A stretch of 64,000 nucleotides of DNA, taken from positions 9,134 to 73,133 of the forward strand of contig CAWHDU010000011.1 in the NCBI GenBank assembly GCA_963828205.1. The letters are read 5' to 3'. Below are positions 27,668 through 38,650 of this stretch, piece by piece (the stretch's first letter is position 1; every line of letters starts with the position of its first letter). A program made the translations under genes and the position numbers. A model generated the notes under the pieces. That model had not been told where the DNA came from, searched no databases, and saw nothing but the letters and a program-made list of their open reading frames with translations. This DNA is from an uncultured beta proteobacterium (GTDB taxonomy: Bacteria > Pseudomonadota > Gammaproteobacteria > Burkholderiales > Gallionellaceae).

Positions 27668-29998
27668 ATGACCGCTACCGACCCGCAAACCTTGCCTCTC
27701 GACGACGCGTTGAAACAAGCCATCGCCCATCACCAGGCAGGGCGATTGCAAGAGGCGGAACGGCTTTACCGCGCGGTTTTGCAAGCGCAGCCAGATCAGC
27801 AGGACGCGAACCACAATCTGGGGGTGTTGGCGGTGCAGGTAAAGCAGCCTGCCGCCAGTTTGCCTTATTTCAAGGCTGCATTAGAGGGTAACCCGAATCA
27901 GGAGCAATACTGGCTGAGTTACATTGATGCGTTGACGCAGACAGGGCAAACTGAAGCCGCTCAGTCGGTGTTGGCGCAAGGCCGTCAGGCGGGGTTGAGC
28001 GGCAAGGCAGTTGAAGCGCTGGCAATGCGTTTAGATGGTGGCGCCCGGGCATTACGGCGAGCAAATGCAGATCTTCAGCACACCTTCAAGGGATCGTCAC
28101 CTAATTCGTCGGCAGCACCACACAAGGAAAAATACTCCAGCCCTCAAGATATGATAGATATGCTGGAAGCGCTATTCAGCCGGGGGCGTTATAGCGAAAT
28201 GGGAACGATTGCCCAGAAAATGACGGTGCGGTTTCCCGATCACGGGGTTGGCTGGAAAGTGTTGGGTGCGGTGTTCAAGCAGATGGGGCGTAATGCGGAA
28301 GCGCTAGTTGCGATGCAAAAAGCGGCAATGCTGTCGCCGGATGACGTTGAGGCACATTACAACCTGGGGAATGCGCTCCGTGAGCTCGACCGGCTGGAAG
28401 AGGCCGAAGCCAGCTACCGGCGGGCGCTGCAGATAAAGCAGGATGACGCTGAGGCGCATTGTAATCTGGGCGTTACCCTCATGGGTCTTGGCCGGTTGGG
28501 CGATGCAGAAGCCAGTTACCGGCGTGCGCTACAGATAAAGCAGGATTACGCTGAGGCGCATTACAACATGGGCGTCATTCTCCAGGAGCTTGGCCGGTTA
28601 GGCGGTGCAGAAGCCAGTTACCGGCGTGCGTTACAAATAAAGCCGGATTACGCGGAGGCGCATAATAACCTGGGCGTTACCCTCATGAATCTCGACCGGT
28701 TTGACGACGCCAGAGCCAGTTACCGGCGCGCGTTGCAGGTCAAGCCGGATTATTCCGAAGCGCATAGCAACCTGCTTTTCGTTTGCAATTTCATGCCCAA
28801 TCAATCCCCGGCGTCGATGTTGGCGGAAGCGTTGCGTTATGGCGAACTGGTGGCGCGGCTAGCACATCCGTATAAGGCATGGAGCAACGTTCCCGACCCC
28901 GACCGGTGCTTGCGCGTGGGGCTGGTTTCAGGAGATATGCGCACACACCCGGTTGGCTATTTCCTGGAAGGCATATTGGCGGAGCTCTCCAAACTGGCAA
29001 CTGGACGGCTGGAGTTTCATGCCTATTCCAACCATCCATATACAGACGCAGTAACCGGGCGGATCAAGACCTGCTGCCGCAACTGGCATTCGGCGGCGGC
29101 GCTTTCAGATGAAGCGCTTGCCCGGCGGATACATGACGACGGTATTGATATCCTGCTCGATCTATCCGGCCATACCGCTCACAACCGGCTGCCGGTGTTT
29201 GCCTGGAAGCCTGCCCCTATCCAGGCTGCATGGCTCGGCTATTTTGCCACAACCGGCGTGGCGGCCATGGACTATCTCATCGCCGACCCATGGACGCTGC
29301 CGGAAGCCGAAGAAATACATTTCACCGAAAAAATCTTGAGGTTGCACGAAACCCGGCTATGCTTTACCCCGCCGGATGTGGAGGTGAAAATTGCGCCTCT
29401 TCCCGCGCTGGCTAATGGCAATATCACCTTCGGCTGTTTCAATAACTTGGGCAAGATGAATGATGCCGTGGTGGCGCTGTGGGTGCGGGTGCTTGCATCC
29501 ATACCGGGCAGCCGCTTGTTCCTTAAAGCCAAACAGCTTAATGATGCTGCGACGCGACAAGGCATCGTCGAGCGTTTCGCGGCACAAGGAGTCTGCGCGG
29601 ACAGGCTGATTCTGGAAGGCTCCGAGCCCAGAGAGAAGTACCTGGCCGCTTATCAGCGCGTGGATATCGCTCTCGACCCATTCCCCTATACGGGTGGCAC
29701 CACAAGCGTCGAAAGCTTGTGGATGGGTGTGCCGGTGCTGACTTTGTCGGGGGAGAGTTTCCTGTCCCGCCAGGGTGTCGGAATCCTGATGAATGCCGGC
29801 CTGCCGGAATGGATCGCAGCCGGCGCCGATGACTATGTGGCACGTGCGGTATTGCATGCCGGTGATTTGCAGCGTTTGGCGATGCTGCGCAAGGGGTTGC
29901 GACAACAAGTGCTGGCATCACCGATTTTCGATGCGCCACGTTTTGCCAGGAATTTTGAAGCTGCCCTGCGCGGCATGTGGCGGAAGTGGTGTGACTGA
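27668..29998 (+). CDS. TPR-containing GT41 glycosyltransferase (SPINDLY/OGT-like)
   Basis: TPR array; 'LRVGLVSGDMRTHPVGYF', 'IDILLDLSGHT', 'WLGYFATTG', 'DIALDPFPYTGGTTSVESLWMGVPV'. Confidence 0.92.
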   Translation: MTATDPQTLPLDDALKQAIAHHQAGRLQEAERLYRAVLQAQPDQQDANHNLGVLAVQVKQPAASLPYFKAALEGNPNQEQYWLSYIDALTQTGQTEAAQSVLAQGRQAGLSGKAVEALAMRLDGGARALRRANADLQHTFKGSSPNSSAAPHKEKYSSPQDMIDMLEALFSRGRYSEMGTIAQKMTVRFPDHGVGWKVLGAVFKQMGRNAEALVAMQKAAMLSPDDVEAHYNLGNALRELDRLEEAEASYRRALQIKQDDAEAHCNLGVTLMGLGRLGDAEASYRRALQIKQDYAEAHYNMGVILQELGRLGGAEASYRRALQIKPDYAEAHNNLGVTLMNLDRFDDARASYRRALQVKPDYSEAHSNLLFVCNFMPNQSPASMLAEALRYGELVARLAHPYKAWSNVPDPDRCLRVGLVSGDMRTHPVGYFLEGILAELSKLATGRLEFHAYSNHPYTDAVTGRIKTCCRNWHSAAALSDEALARRIHDDGIDILLDLSGHTAHNRLPVFAWKPAPIQAAWLGYFATTGVAAMDYLIADPWTLPEAEEIHFTEKILRLHETRLCFTPPDVEVKIAPLPALANGNITFGCFNNLGKMNDAVVALWVRVLASIPGSRLFLKAKQLNDAATRQGIVERFAAQGVCADRLILEGSEPREKYLAAYQRVDIALDPFPYTGGTTSVESLWMGVPVLTLSGESFLSRQGVGILMNAGLPEWIAAGADDYVARAVLHAGDLQRLAMLRKGLRQQVLASPIFDAPRFARNFEAALRGMWRKWCD

Positions 29999-30126
29999 AT
30001 ATTGCCGTTTTGTTCTACGGATGCCGGGCACAACTCAAAGGGATCAGCCGGAAACGCCAAACCGTTCGATTTGGAGTATATTGTCCGCCAGGCTGATGGT
30101 ATCGTCATTTTTCAGGAGGAACAATC

Positions 30127-31203
30127 ATGTCGCTTCTGTTCTCAAAAACCACTTTAGGCCAGCTCACGCTTCAGAATCGCCTGGTCATGGCGCCGATGAC
30201 GCGAAACCGCGCCACCGGCAATATCCCGAACGAGCTGATGGCGGAGTATTACGCGCAACGCGCGACCGCCGGGCTGATTGTCACCGAAGGCACGTCGCCG
30301 TCTCCCAACGGGCTGGGCTACCCGCGCATGCCGGGAATATTTTCCCCGGCGCAGGTTGCGGGGTGGCGGCGCATCACCGGTGAGGTTCACGCGCAGGGCG
30401 CGAAGATATTTATGCAGCTCATGCACACCGGGCGCATCGGCCATGCGCTCAATCTGCCCGCGGGCGCGCGCGTGCTGGCGCCGTCGGCGGTGGCAGCCGC
30501 AGGCGAGATATATACCGACGCGGAAGGGATGAAGCCGAATGCCGTGCCGCAGGAAATGTCCGATGCCGACATCAAGGCATCCATCGGGGAATTCGCGCAG
30601 GCCGCGCAGAACGCCGTGGCGGCGGGGTGCGACGGCGTAGAGCTGCATGCGGCGAACGGCTATCTGCTCGAACAGTTCATACGCCCGAATTCGAACCGGC
30701 GCACTGACCGCTACGGCGGTTCGGTCGAGAACCGCGCGCGCTTCGTGCTCGAGACCGCCGAGGCGGCGATCGTCGCCATCGGCAAGGACAAGGTCGGCAT
30801 CCGCCTGTCGCCGTTCGGCGTGTTCAACGACATGCCGCTGTACGACGCGATGGAAGCGGATTACACCTGGCTGGCGCATCAGCTCAATGCGCGCGGGCTG
30901 GCCTATATCCATCTCGTCGACCACTCGGCGATGGGCGCACCGCCGGTGCCCGATTCGATGAAAGCGGTGCTCCGCAGCGCGTTCAAGGGCGCATTGATCC
31001 TTTCCGGCGGTTACGATGCCGCGCGCGCCGGGAGCGATCTGGATTCGGGTAAGTGCAATCTGGTCGCCGTGGGGCGGCCGTTCATCGCCAACCCGGATCT
31101 GGTTGCACGGTGGAAAACCGGTGCGGCAGTTAATGCGCCAGACCCCGGGACATTTTATACGCCCGGCGCAAAGGGGTACATCGACTATCCGGTGCTGTGC
31201 TGA
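30127..31203 (+). CDS. Old yellow enzyme family alkene reductase (NemA-like)
   Basis: 'NRLVMAPMTRNRA', 'DGVELHAANGYLLEQF', 'AVGRPFIANPDLV'. Confidence 0.93.
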   Translation: MSLLFSKTTLGQLTLQNRLVMAPMTRNRATGNIPNELMAEYYAQRATAGLIVTEGTSPSPNGLGYPRMPGIFSPAQVAGWRRITGEVHAQGAKIFMQLMHTGRIGHALNLPAGARVLAPSAVAAAGEIYTDAEGMKPNAVPQEMSDADIKASIGEFAQAAQNAVAAGCDGVELHAANGYLLEQFIRPNSNRRTDRYGGSVENRARFVLETAEAAIVAIGKDKVGIRLSPFGVFNDMPLYDAMEADYTWLAHQLNARGLAYIHLVDHSAMGAPPVPDSMKAVLRSAFKGALILSGGYDAARAGSDLDSGKCNLVAVGRPFIANPDLVARWKTGAAVNAPDPGTFYTPGAKGYIDYPVLC

Positions 31204-31264
31204 TGGTTCGCAGGATGGGCATTACCGCGCCCATCCTGCCGCAATTACCTTTCTCGGGTAATTC

Positions 31265-32890
31265 TCAAAAGGCGACCGTGAAGCTGACGCGTTCATAATC
31301 AATCCCGTGTTCTACGCTGATACCCATCTTCACGCGTTTCTTTTCACCGTTCTGGTGCAGGATTTCCACCACGCGGCCCGGCTGAAACCAGTCGCGCGGG
31401 ATGATCAGGCTGGAGGGAGTATTGAATGCCGCAACGGCGGGCAACAGGAATGCCGGAACGTATTTCTCCGGTACGGTTGTGTTCACACCGGCTGCGCGCA
31501 TGCTGATTGCCTCGGCAGAGCCGGGCAGGTAACGCACGCCGATTTGCAATTGCCCGGCGCGCGTTACGTTCGTCCATGCCGTGGCTCCCAGCATGAAGGT
31601 TTCCGCGTCGCTGGGACGCAACGCAACCAGCTGGTTGTAACTTAACCGCCCGCCGAGCGAGTCCTCGCGCGTCAGGCGTGCTCCCGATATGCTTTCGTTC
31701 TCGAATTGCCAGGTCTCCAGCGGGTAGCCCATTTCCAGCAGTTCCTTGTTGTGCGCATCTTTCAGCGTCTGGCCGGAGGATTCGGTCTGCTTGTGCGCCG
31801 TATTGCACGGGGCGCAATCCCGTCCGGGCTGTTTGAACGGGTTGCCGGACAGGTGCGCGTAAATGCCTTCCGGTTTGTAGCAAAGCTCTGCATGTTGCGC
31901 GACCGGTTGCCGTTCGCTGGCGCGCGGGCCATGGGTTTCGCACCAGCATTGATGCAAAAAAGTGAGAAGCTCGATGCAATCGTGGCTGGTGCAGCGGTCG
32001 CACAGGTTGGCTTGCTTGGGGGTCTGGCCCTGCTGCAGCAGGATGGTCTTGACGCGCAGCATTTTGCTCAGCGGCACCATCGCCAGGTAGCGCATGGTCG
32101 CGCTGTGGGTGATTTGCCCGACCGGCTGCAAGCCTTGCGTGCTGCCCAGGTCTACCGCGAGCGGCTGCGCATCGCCCCTGCTGGCAGTGTAGCTGCGCTC
32201 CACCGTCAGGGTGCCGCTCCATTGCGTCAGCCAGTTGTCCAGCAGTTGCAATTGCGAGCGGGCGAGTTCTGCGGGGCGCGCATAGCAGGCCAGCAGGGTT
32301 TTTACATATGCGTTGCGGCAACTGCTGCGCGGATATTTCTGGTTCAGCGGATCGTCCACCTCGTCCGCCTGGAAATTCTGCTCTTCGGCGAACGCATACA
32401 GCTCGTGAAGCTGGTGCCATAGTTTGGCCTCGAATTCGTAGCCGGTGCGCAGATGTTCGAAAATCTCCAGCCCGCTGTACAGCAGGCAGCGCTGGCACAG
32501 CAAGGCGCCGTGATTTGCGAGGTGCTTGTCGCCGCCTATATAGGCCTGCAGGCAACGCTGATAGCCCAGCACCATGGCCTGCCAAAGCTGCGCGATGGCG
32601 ATGAAAACCATCAGTTCGCTTTCGTTCAGCGGCAATGGTTTGGCGATGAGTTTTTTGGCGTAATCGTCCTGCACATAGCCGACGGTCTCGCGCAACTGCT
32701 CCAGCGTGTTCAACCGTTCCAGGCCGCGCATCGGATAGCGGTTGAGTTCGTTGATCTGGGTGAACAGCAGGCTATGCGCCAGTTGCAGATTGGTCAGTTG
32801 CAGTTGCCCGAGCCAATGCGCGCAACCCGCCGTGTCTTTGAAAAGCGGATTGGCGCGGTCGTCGGTCGGCTCGAGCGGAAGTGTCAGCAT
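31265..32890 (-). CDS. Conserved hypothetical protein, possibly with a C-terminal PilZ-like domain
   Basis: Long ORF with a helical N-terminal region. C-terminal 'NESISGARL...LVALRP...WT..T..GQLQIGVRYL' resembles a PilZ beta-barrel; this is by-eye inference. Confidence 0.55.
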   Translation of the reverse strand: MLTLPLEPTDDRANPLFKDTAGCAHWLGQLQLTNLQLAHSLLFTQINELNRYPMRGLERLNTLEQLRETVGYVQDDYAKKLIAKPLPLNESELMVFIAIAQLWQAMVLGYQRCLQAYIGGDKHLANHGALLCQRCLLYSGLEIFEHLRTGYEFEAKLWHQLHELYAFAEEQNFQADEVDDPLNQKYPRSSCRNAYVKTLLACYARPAELARSQLQLLDNWLTQWSGTLTVERSYTASRGDAQPLAVDLGSTQGLQPVGQITHSATMRYLAMVPLSKMLRVKTILLQQGQTPKQANLCDRCTSHDCIELLTFLHQCWCETHGPRASERQPVAQHAELCYKPEGIYAHLSGNPFKQPGRDCAPCNTAHKQTESSGQTLKDAHNKELLEMGYPLETWQFENESISGARLTREDSLGGRLSYNQLVALRPSDAETFMLGATAWTNVTRAGQLQIGVRYLPGSAEAISMRAAGVNTTVPEKYVPAFLLPAVAAFNTPSSLIIPRDWFQPGRVVEILHQNGEKKRVKMGISVEHGIDYERVSFTVAF

Positions 32891-32963
32891 GGTTATTTTC
32901 AGTTAGGCTAGCACTTTCTACGAGGCGCGCTTAATCGTCAAGCGGTAACAGAGACGATTCATT

Positions 32964-35900
32964 TTACAACAGCACTCGCTCAATGCCGCCGTGGTTGGCG
33001 TTATGCACATACTCTTCCAGCCAATTTTTGCCGAGCAGTTGCCGGGCTATTTCGATGACAATGTAGTCGGACGTGGTGCCGCTGTCATTGTTGTAACGAG
33101 ACAAACCCTGATGGCAGGCCGGGCAGGAAGTCAGGATTTTGACTTCGCCGGTAAAACCGTCGGTGCGCAGCGCCTCCGCGCCTTTGCGCATTTCTTCTTC
33201 CTTGCGGAAACGCACCTGCGTTGCGATGTGCGGCAGCGATGCCCCGAAACTGCCGGCTTCACCGCAGCAACGGTCGTTGAGCGGCACATCAACGCCCATC
33301 AATTCCTTTGCCACCTTGAGAGGCGGGTAGGTTTTCATCGGAGAATGGCACGGGTCGTGGTACATGTACCGCACTGACACGGCATCGCGTAGCGCCGGGG
33401 CGGGAAGTGCGGTGGCCTGCTGCTCACTGCCCGTTGAATTTATCTGGTTTTCATGCAGCAGGGGCACTGACACGGCATCGCGTAGCGCCGGGGCGGGAAG
33501 TGCGGTGGCCTGCTGCTCACTGCCCGTTGAATTTATCTGGTTTTCATGCGGCAGGCGGGTATTGGCTACACCCTGCAATTTGACACCCTTTTCCATGAGG
33601 TACTCGTGGATGTCTAGCAAGCGGCACCCAGGGAAAATTTTATCGAACTGGTATTTCAGCAATTGATCCATGCAAGTGCCGCACGACACGATCACCGTTT
33701 TGATATCGAGATAATTCAGCGTATTCGCCACGCGATGAAACAGCACGCGGTTATCGGTGGTGATCCGGTTGGCTGTTTCGCCTTGCCCGGAAGCATTCTG
33801 CGGGTAACCGCAGCACAGGTATCCCGGCGGCAATACGGTAATGGCGCCGGTTTCATACAGCATCGCTTGCGTGGCCAGCGCGATCTGCCCAAACAGCCGC
33901 TCCGACCCGCAGCCGGGGAAGTAGAACACCGCTTCGGAATCTTCATTCAATTTAAGCGGGTTGCGGATAATCGGCACCATGCTTTTGTCTTCGATGTCGA
34001 GCAGCGCGCGCGAAGTCTTTTTGGGAAGATTGCCCGGCATCGGCTTGTTGATGAAATGAACCACCTGCGCCTTCAGCGGCGCGCCGCCGACGGTAGCGGG
34101 CGGGTGCGCGGTAATTCCATGCAGCAAGCCGAAACGCCTGGCAAGCTGGTAGCCGATGCGCTGAGTTTTGTAGCCCCATTCGATCATCACCTTGCGTACC
34201 AGCTTGATGGTAGCCGGGTCGGTTGCGTTGAGGAACAGCATCGAAGCGGCGGCCACCGGGTTGAATTTTTTGTTGCCCTGTTTGCGCAGGAAATTGCGCA
34301 TCGCGACCGAAACGTCGCCGAAATCGATATCCACCGGACATGGCTTCAGGCACTTGTGGCATATCGTGCAGTGGTCGGCGACATCGTTAAATTCGTCAAA
34401 GTGCTGGATGGAAACGCCGCGCCGCGTCTGCTCCTCGTATAAAAACGCTTCGATCAGCAGCGAAGTGGCGAGGATCTTGTTGCGCGGCGAATAAAGCAGG
34501 TTGGCGCGCGGCACATGGGTGCTGCATACCGGTTTGCATTTGCCGCAGCGCAGGCAGTTTTTTATCGAATCGGCGATTTCGCCCAATTCGCTCTTTTCCA
34601 GGATCAGGCTTTCCAGCTCCATCAAGCTGAAGCTGGGTGTGTAGGCGCGTTCCAGATTGCTGCCTTTGAGCAGCTTGCCCTTGTTGAAACGCCCCTCCGG
34701 GTCGATCCGCTGTTTGTAATCCGCGAACGGAGCGGTTTCGTGAGGCTCCAGATAATCGAATTTGGTAATGCCGATGCCGTGCTCGCCGGAAATCACTCCC
34801 CCCAGCTCTTTTGCCAGCCGCATGATGCGGTCCACCGCGGCATAGGCCTGCTGCAGCATCTCGTAGTCGTCCGAGTTGACCGGAATGTTGGTGTGCACGT
34901 TGCCGTCGCCCGCGTGCATGTGCAACGCGACGAACACGCGGCTTTTCAACACCCTCTGGTGGATGGCGTAGCACTGGTCGAGAACGGGCTGGTAGATGCT
35001 GCCGCTGAAAATATGGCGCAACGGCTCGCGCAATTCGAGTTTCCACGAGGCGCGGATGGCGTGATTTTGCAGGGCGTGGAAGACTGTCGAGTCGTGAGAC
35101 GTAAGACGTAAGTTGTTAGTCGAAGCTTGCGGGGTTAACTCAAGATTTACGTCTTCCAACTCGGAACTGCTTTTATCAAGGTTATCCAGCAGCCATTGCC
35201 AGCGTGCGCGCACTTCGGCGAGCATCTGCTGCGCCGCCTGCGGGCGGTTGCCGAGCAGTTCGGTGTCGCCGAGTTGCGCGTCGTCCTGGTAATGCAGCGG
35301 CAGCTCGCCGGCAAAAAATTCGTCCAGCGCGTCGAGCAGCTTGAGTTTGTTTTTCAGCGACAGCTCGATGTTGATGCGCTCGATGCCGTCGCAGTAATCG
35401 CCCATGCGCGGCAACGGGATCACCACGTCTTCGTTGACCTTGAACGCGTTGGTATGCTTGGCGATCGCGGCGGTGCGCGCGCGGTCCAGCCAAAAATTCC
35501 TGCGCGCCTCGGCGGATACTGCGATAAAGCCTTCGCCGCTGCGCAGGTTGGCAAGGCGTACGATCTCGGATGCGGCGGAGGCCGCCGCATCCGCGTCGTC
35601 GCTTACCACATCGGCGATCAGTACCATCTTCGGGCGGATATCGCGGTTGGCTTTGGTGGCATAGCCCACTGCCTTGAGATAGCGCTCGTCGAGATGCTCC
35701 AGCCCCGCCAGCAGCGCGGATGGGTGTGCCTCCAGGTAGTCCTTGATCTCGACGATGGCGGGCACCGCCTCGCGCACCTGCCCGAAAAATTCCAGGCATA
35801 CCGTGCGGGTATGCTCATGGGCGCGGTGCAGGATGAAGCACGCCGAGGTGATGATGCCGTCGCAGCCTTCCTTCTGGATGCCGGGCAGGCCGGACAGGAA

Positions 35901-37013
35901 TTTATCGGTGACGTCCTTGCCCAACCCCACCTTGCGGAAGGTGCTGCCGGGGATAACGAGGGTTTCCGGCGCGCCGTGCGGGGTCTTGTCGATCGGGGTT
36001 TGGCCGTCCGCCTCGAAACGGCTGATGCGAAAACTGGCCATCTCGGCATCATGGATTTTGCCGAGGTTGTGGCCGATGCGCTCGACTTCCATCCACAAGC
36101 CGTCCGGCGTGACCATGCGCCAGGAAGCGAGGTTGTCCAGCGCCGTCCCCCACAGCACGGCCTTCTTGCCGCCGGCATTCATCGATACGTTGCCGCCGAT
36201 GCACGAGGCATCCGCCGAAGTGGGGTCGACCGCGAACACCAGCTTGCCGGCCTCCGCCGCATTCATCACGCGCCGCGTCACCACGCCCGCGCCGCAGCGG
36301 ATCGTGGCGTATGGCTGGTTCAAACCGGGCAGCACCCGATGCTCCACTTGCGAGAGCGTGTCCAGTTTTTCGGTGTTGATTACCGCGGAAAACCGGTCCA
36401 GCGGCACTGCGCCGCCGGTGTAGCCGGTGCCGCCGCCGCGCGGGATGATGGTCAGCTTGAGCTCGATGCAGGCGCGCACCAGCGCGGCGACCTCGGCTTC
36501 GGTGTCGGGATGCAGCACCACGAAAGGGTATTCCACGCGCCAGTCGGTCGCGTCGGTCACATGCGAGACGCGCGCCAGGCCGTCGAACTGGATGTTGTCG
36601 CGGCGGGTGACGCGGCTCAACACACGCAGGGCGCGCTTGCGCAATTCCAGGGTTTGCTCGAATTCGGCGGCGAATTGATCGACTGCAACAGTGGCGAGTT
36701 CGAGCAGGCGTTTTACTTTTAAATTGTCCTGGCGGCGCGCCTCGATCGCGCCCAGGCGATGATGCAGCGCGCCGATCAGCGCTTCGCGGCGCTTGCGGTT
36801 GCCGAGCAAATCGTCCTGCAAATACGGGTTGCGCATCAGCACCCAGATGTCGCCCAGCACTTCATACAGCATCCGCGCAGAACGTCCGGTGCGCCTTTCC
36901 TCGCGCAGCGTGTTGATGATATCCCACGCCTCGCCACCGAGAATGCGCAGCACGATCTCCCGGTCGGAAAACGAGGTGTAGTTGTAGGGAATTTCGCGCA
37001 AGCGTGTCGTCAT
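32964..37013 (-). CDS. FAD-linked oxidase / Fe-S oxidoreductase (DUF3683, FAD_binding_4, FAD-oxidase_C, 4Fe-4S, CCG domains)
   Basis: '[16 protein letters not shown]', '[13 protein letters not shown]', 'HAGDGNVH', 'ISGEHGIG', two CxxCxxCxxxC clusters, 'CCGYP'. Confidence 0.92.
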   Translation of the reverse strand: MTTRLREIPYNYTSFSDREIVLRILGGEAWDIINTLREERRTGRSARMLYEVLGDIWVLMRNPYLQDDLLGNRKRREALIGALHHRLGAIEARRQDNLKVKRLLELATVAVDQFAAEFEQTLELRKRALRVLSRVTRRDNIQFDGLARVSHVTDATDWRVEYPFVVLHPDTEAEVAALVRACIELKLTIIPRGGGTGYTGGAVPLDRFSAVINTEKLDTLSQVEHRVLPGLNQPYATIRCGAGVVTRRVMNAAEAGKLVFAVDPTSADASCIGGNVSMNAGGKKAVLWGTALDNLASWRMVTPDGLWMEVERIGHNLGKIHDAEMASFRISRFEADGQTPIDKTPHGAPETLVIPGSTFRKVGLGKDVTDKFLSGLPGIQKEGCDGIITSACFILHRAHEHTRTVCLEFFGQVREAVPAIVEIKDYLEAHPSALLAGLEHLDERYLKAVGYATKANRDIRPKMVLIADVVSDDADAAASAASEIVRLANLRSGEGFIAVSAEARRNFWLDRARTAAIAKHTNAFKVNEDVVIPLPRMGDYCDGIERINIELSLKNKLKLLDALDEFFAGELPLHYQDDAQLGDTELLGNRPQAAQQMLAEVRARWQWLLDNLDKSSSELEDVNLELTPQASTNNLRLTSHDSTVFHALQNHAIRASWKLELREPLRHIFSGSIYQPVLDQCYAIHQRVLKSRVFVALHMHAGDGNVHTNIPVNSDDYEMLQQAYAAVDRIMRLAKELGGVISGEHGIGITKFDYLEPHETAPFADYKQRIDPEGRFNKGKLLKGSNLERAYTPSFSLMELESLILEKSELGEIADSIKNCLRCGKCKPVCSTHVPRANLLYSPRNKILATSLLIEAFLYEEQTRRGVSIQHFDEFNDVADHCTICHKCLKPCPVDIDFGDVSVAMRNFLRKQGNKKFNPVAAASMLFLNATDPATIKLVRKVMIEWGYKTQRIGYQLARRFGLLHGITAHPPATVGGAPLKAQVVHFINKPMPGNLPKKTSRALLDIEDKSMVPIIRNPLKLNEDSEAVFYFPGCGSERLFGQIALATQAMLYETGAITVLPPGYLCCGYPQNASGQGETANRITTDNRVLFHRVANTLNYLDIKTVIVSCGTCMDQLLKYQFDKIFPGCRLLDIHEYLMEKGVKLQGVANTRLPHENQINSTGSEQQATALPAPALRDAVSVPLLHENQINSTGSEQQATALPAPALRDAVSVRYMYHDPCHSPMKTYPPLKVAKELMGVDVPLNDRCCGEAGSFGASLPHIATQVRFRKEEEMRKGAEALRTDGFTGEVKILTSCPACHQGLSRYNNDSGTTSDYIVIEIARQLLGKNWLEEYVHNANHGGIERVLL
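33371..33548. repeat. 93-bp in-frame tandem duplication inside the oxidoreductase gene
   Basis: Copies begin at 33371 and 33464; the protein shows [28 protein letters not shown] twice. Confidence 0.95.
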
Positions 37014-37088
37014 GGTGTTGTTTGGCTCAACGAGTCGCGCATTTTACCTTAATGCAGCACGCCGCTCATACGGATAAAATGTGCGCGT

Positions 37089-37643
37089 ATGAGCCAGCCA
37101 TCCGACAAACCGGTTGCACGGGTATTCTTCGCGCTGTGGCCGGAGGTCGCCGAGCGCAGGCGGCTGGCCGCATGGCAGGCGCCGCTCAAACGCCTGTGTG
37201 GCGGACGCGCGATGCGCGGCGAGACGCTGCACAACACGCTGGTGTTCATCGGAAACGTTGAATTATATGGCCTCGAGGTTTTGCAACTGGCGGCGCAGGA
37301 GGTCGGCGGCGAAAGTTTCGAGTTGTGTTTCGACGAGGCGCGCTACTGGGGGCATAACCGCATCGTGTATGCTGCGCCCCGCCATGCGCCGCCGCAATTG
37401 CTGCAACTGGCCGATATGCTGGGGCAGCGCCTGGATGCGCACCGTTTCCAATTCGACCGGCGCGCTTACAAGCCGCATGTCACGCTGTTGCGCAACGCGC
37501 ATTGGAGCGATACGCCGCTGCCCGCGATGCAGCCGGTGTGCTGGCGGATCGGGGATTTTGCGCTGGTGCGATCCGTGCCCCGCGACGGATTGACGGATTA
37601 CCGGGTGCTGGCGCGTTTCCCTTTGCGCTCAGGTGGCGGATAA
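37089..37643 (+). CDS. thpR: RNA 2',3'-cyclic phosphodiesterase (2H family)
   Basis: 'RVFFALWP' and two HxT motifs (LHNTLVF, PHVTLLR). Confidence 0.92.
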   Translation: MSQPSDKPVARVFFALWPEVAERRRLAAWQAPLKRLCGGRAMRGETLHNTLVFIGNVELYGLEVLQLAAQEVGGESFELCFDEARYWGHNRIVYAAPRHAPPQLLQLADMLGQRLDAHRFQFDRRAYKPHVTLLRNAHWSDTPLPAMQPVCWRIGDFALVRSVPRDGLTDYRVLARFPLRSGGG

Positions 37644-37695
37644 TCGCCGCCAGCGAAATTTTGTAACCGGGCGCCACGTAGCTGAGGACGAATTC

Positions 37696-38646
37696 ATGCT
37701 CAATATTTTTACGCTGGAAAACGGACGGCTGGCCAGCATCAGGCCGGATGAGGTCGCCGCGCGCAAGCCGATCTGGGTGGATGCCATCGCGCCCGATGAA
37801 GGCGAGCGCGAGTGGGTGGCCAAAGCTTTTTCGGTCATCCTGCCGCAACCGGAACATTTGCGCGACATCGAAGCGAGTGCGCGGTTCTACGAGGAGAGCC
37901 AGGAACTGCATGTGCGTTCGGATTTTCTGCTCGGCAAGGAAAGCGATTCGCGCAGCGTCATCGTGGCCTTTGTACTGGCCAATAATGTGCTGCTCAGCGT
38001 GCATGACGAAGATCTGCCGGTCTTTCAGCATTTTCGCCTGCGCTCACACGGGCAGCCCGATCTTGTTGCGGACAGCCTCGATGTGTTGATTGATTTGTAC
38101 GGTTCAGACGTAGAATTTTCCGCCGATGCGTTGGAGGAGGCTTACGCCGATCTCGGCGAAATCAGCGGCACAGTGCTCAACAACACGCTCAGCGACAAAC
38201 AGGCCGGTGCGGTGCTGGCCAATATCGCCCATGCGGAACACCTGAATGGGCGCATCCGCCGCAACCTGATGGATACCCGCCGTGCGATTTCATTCCTGAT
38301 GCGCAGCAAGCTGCTCGCCCCGGAGCAGTTTGAAGAAGCGCACCAGATCATGCAGGATATCGATTCGCTGGACGGCCACACCGCGTTCCTGTTCGATAAG
38401 ATCAATTTTCTGATGAACACCACGGTCGGTTTCATCAACGTCAACCAGAACAAGATCGTGCGCCTGTTCTCGGTGGCTGCGGTGGCGCTGTTGCCGCCCA
38501 CCCTGATCGCCTCCGTCTACGGGATGAACTTCAGGCACATGCCGGAACTGCTTTGGGAAATGGGTTATCCATTTGCCTTGCTGTTGATGGCATTGTCCGT
38601 TACCGTGCCGTTCTGGCTGTTCCACCGCAAGGGCTGGCTGAAATAG
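37696..38646 (+). CDS. corA: Mg/Co transporter CorA
   Basis: 'IEASARFYEE', 'NQNKIVRLFS', signature YGMNF. Confidence 0.96.
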   Translation: MLNIFTLENGRLASIRPDEVAARKPIWVDAIAPDEGEREWVAKAFSVILPQPEHLRDIEASARFYEESQELHVRSDFLLGKESDSRSVIVAFVLANNVLLSVHDEDLPVFQHFRLRSHGQPDLVADSLDVLIDLYGSDVEFSADALEEAYADLGEISGTVLNNTLSDKQAGAVLANIAHAEHLNGRIRRNLMDTRRAISFLMRSKLLAPEQFEEAHQIMQDIDSLDGHTAFLFDKINFLMNTTVGFINVNQNKIVRLFSVAAVALLPPTLIASVYGMNFRHMPELLWEMGYPFALLLMALSVTVPFWLFHRKGWLK

Positions 38647-38650
38647 GCTC

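Noticed and set aside
21540-30000. Prophage or integrative element explaining the lower-GC block
   Set aside because: No integrase, tRNA attachment site, phage genes or flanking direct repeats were seen.
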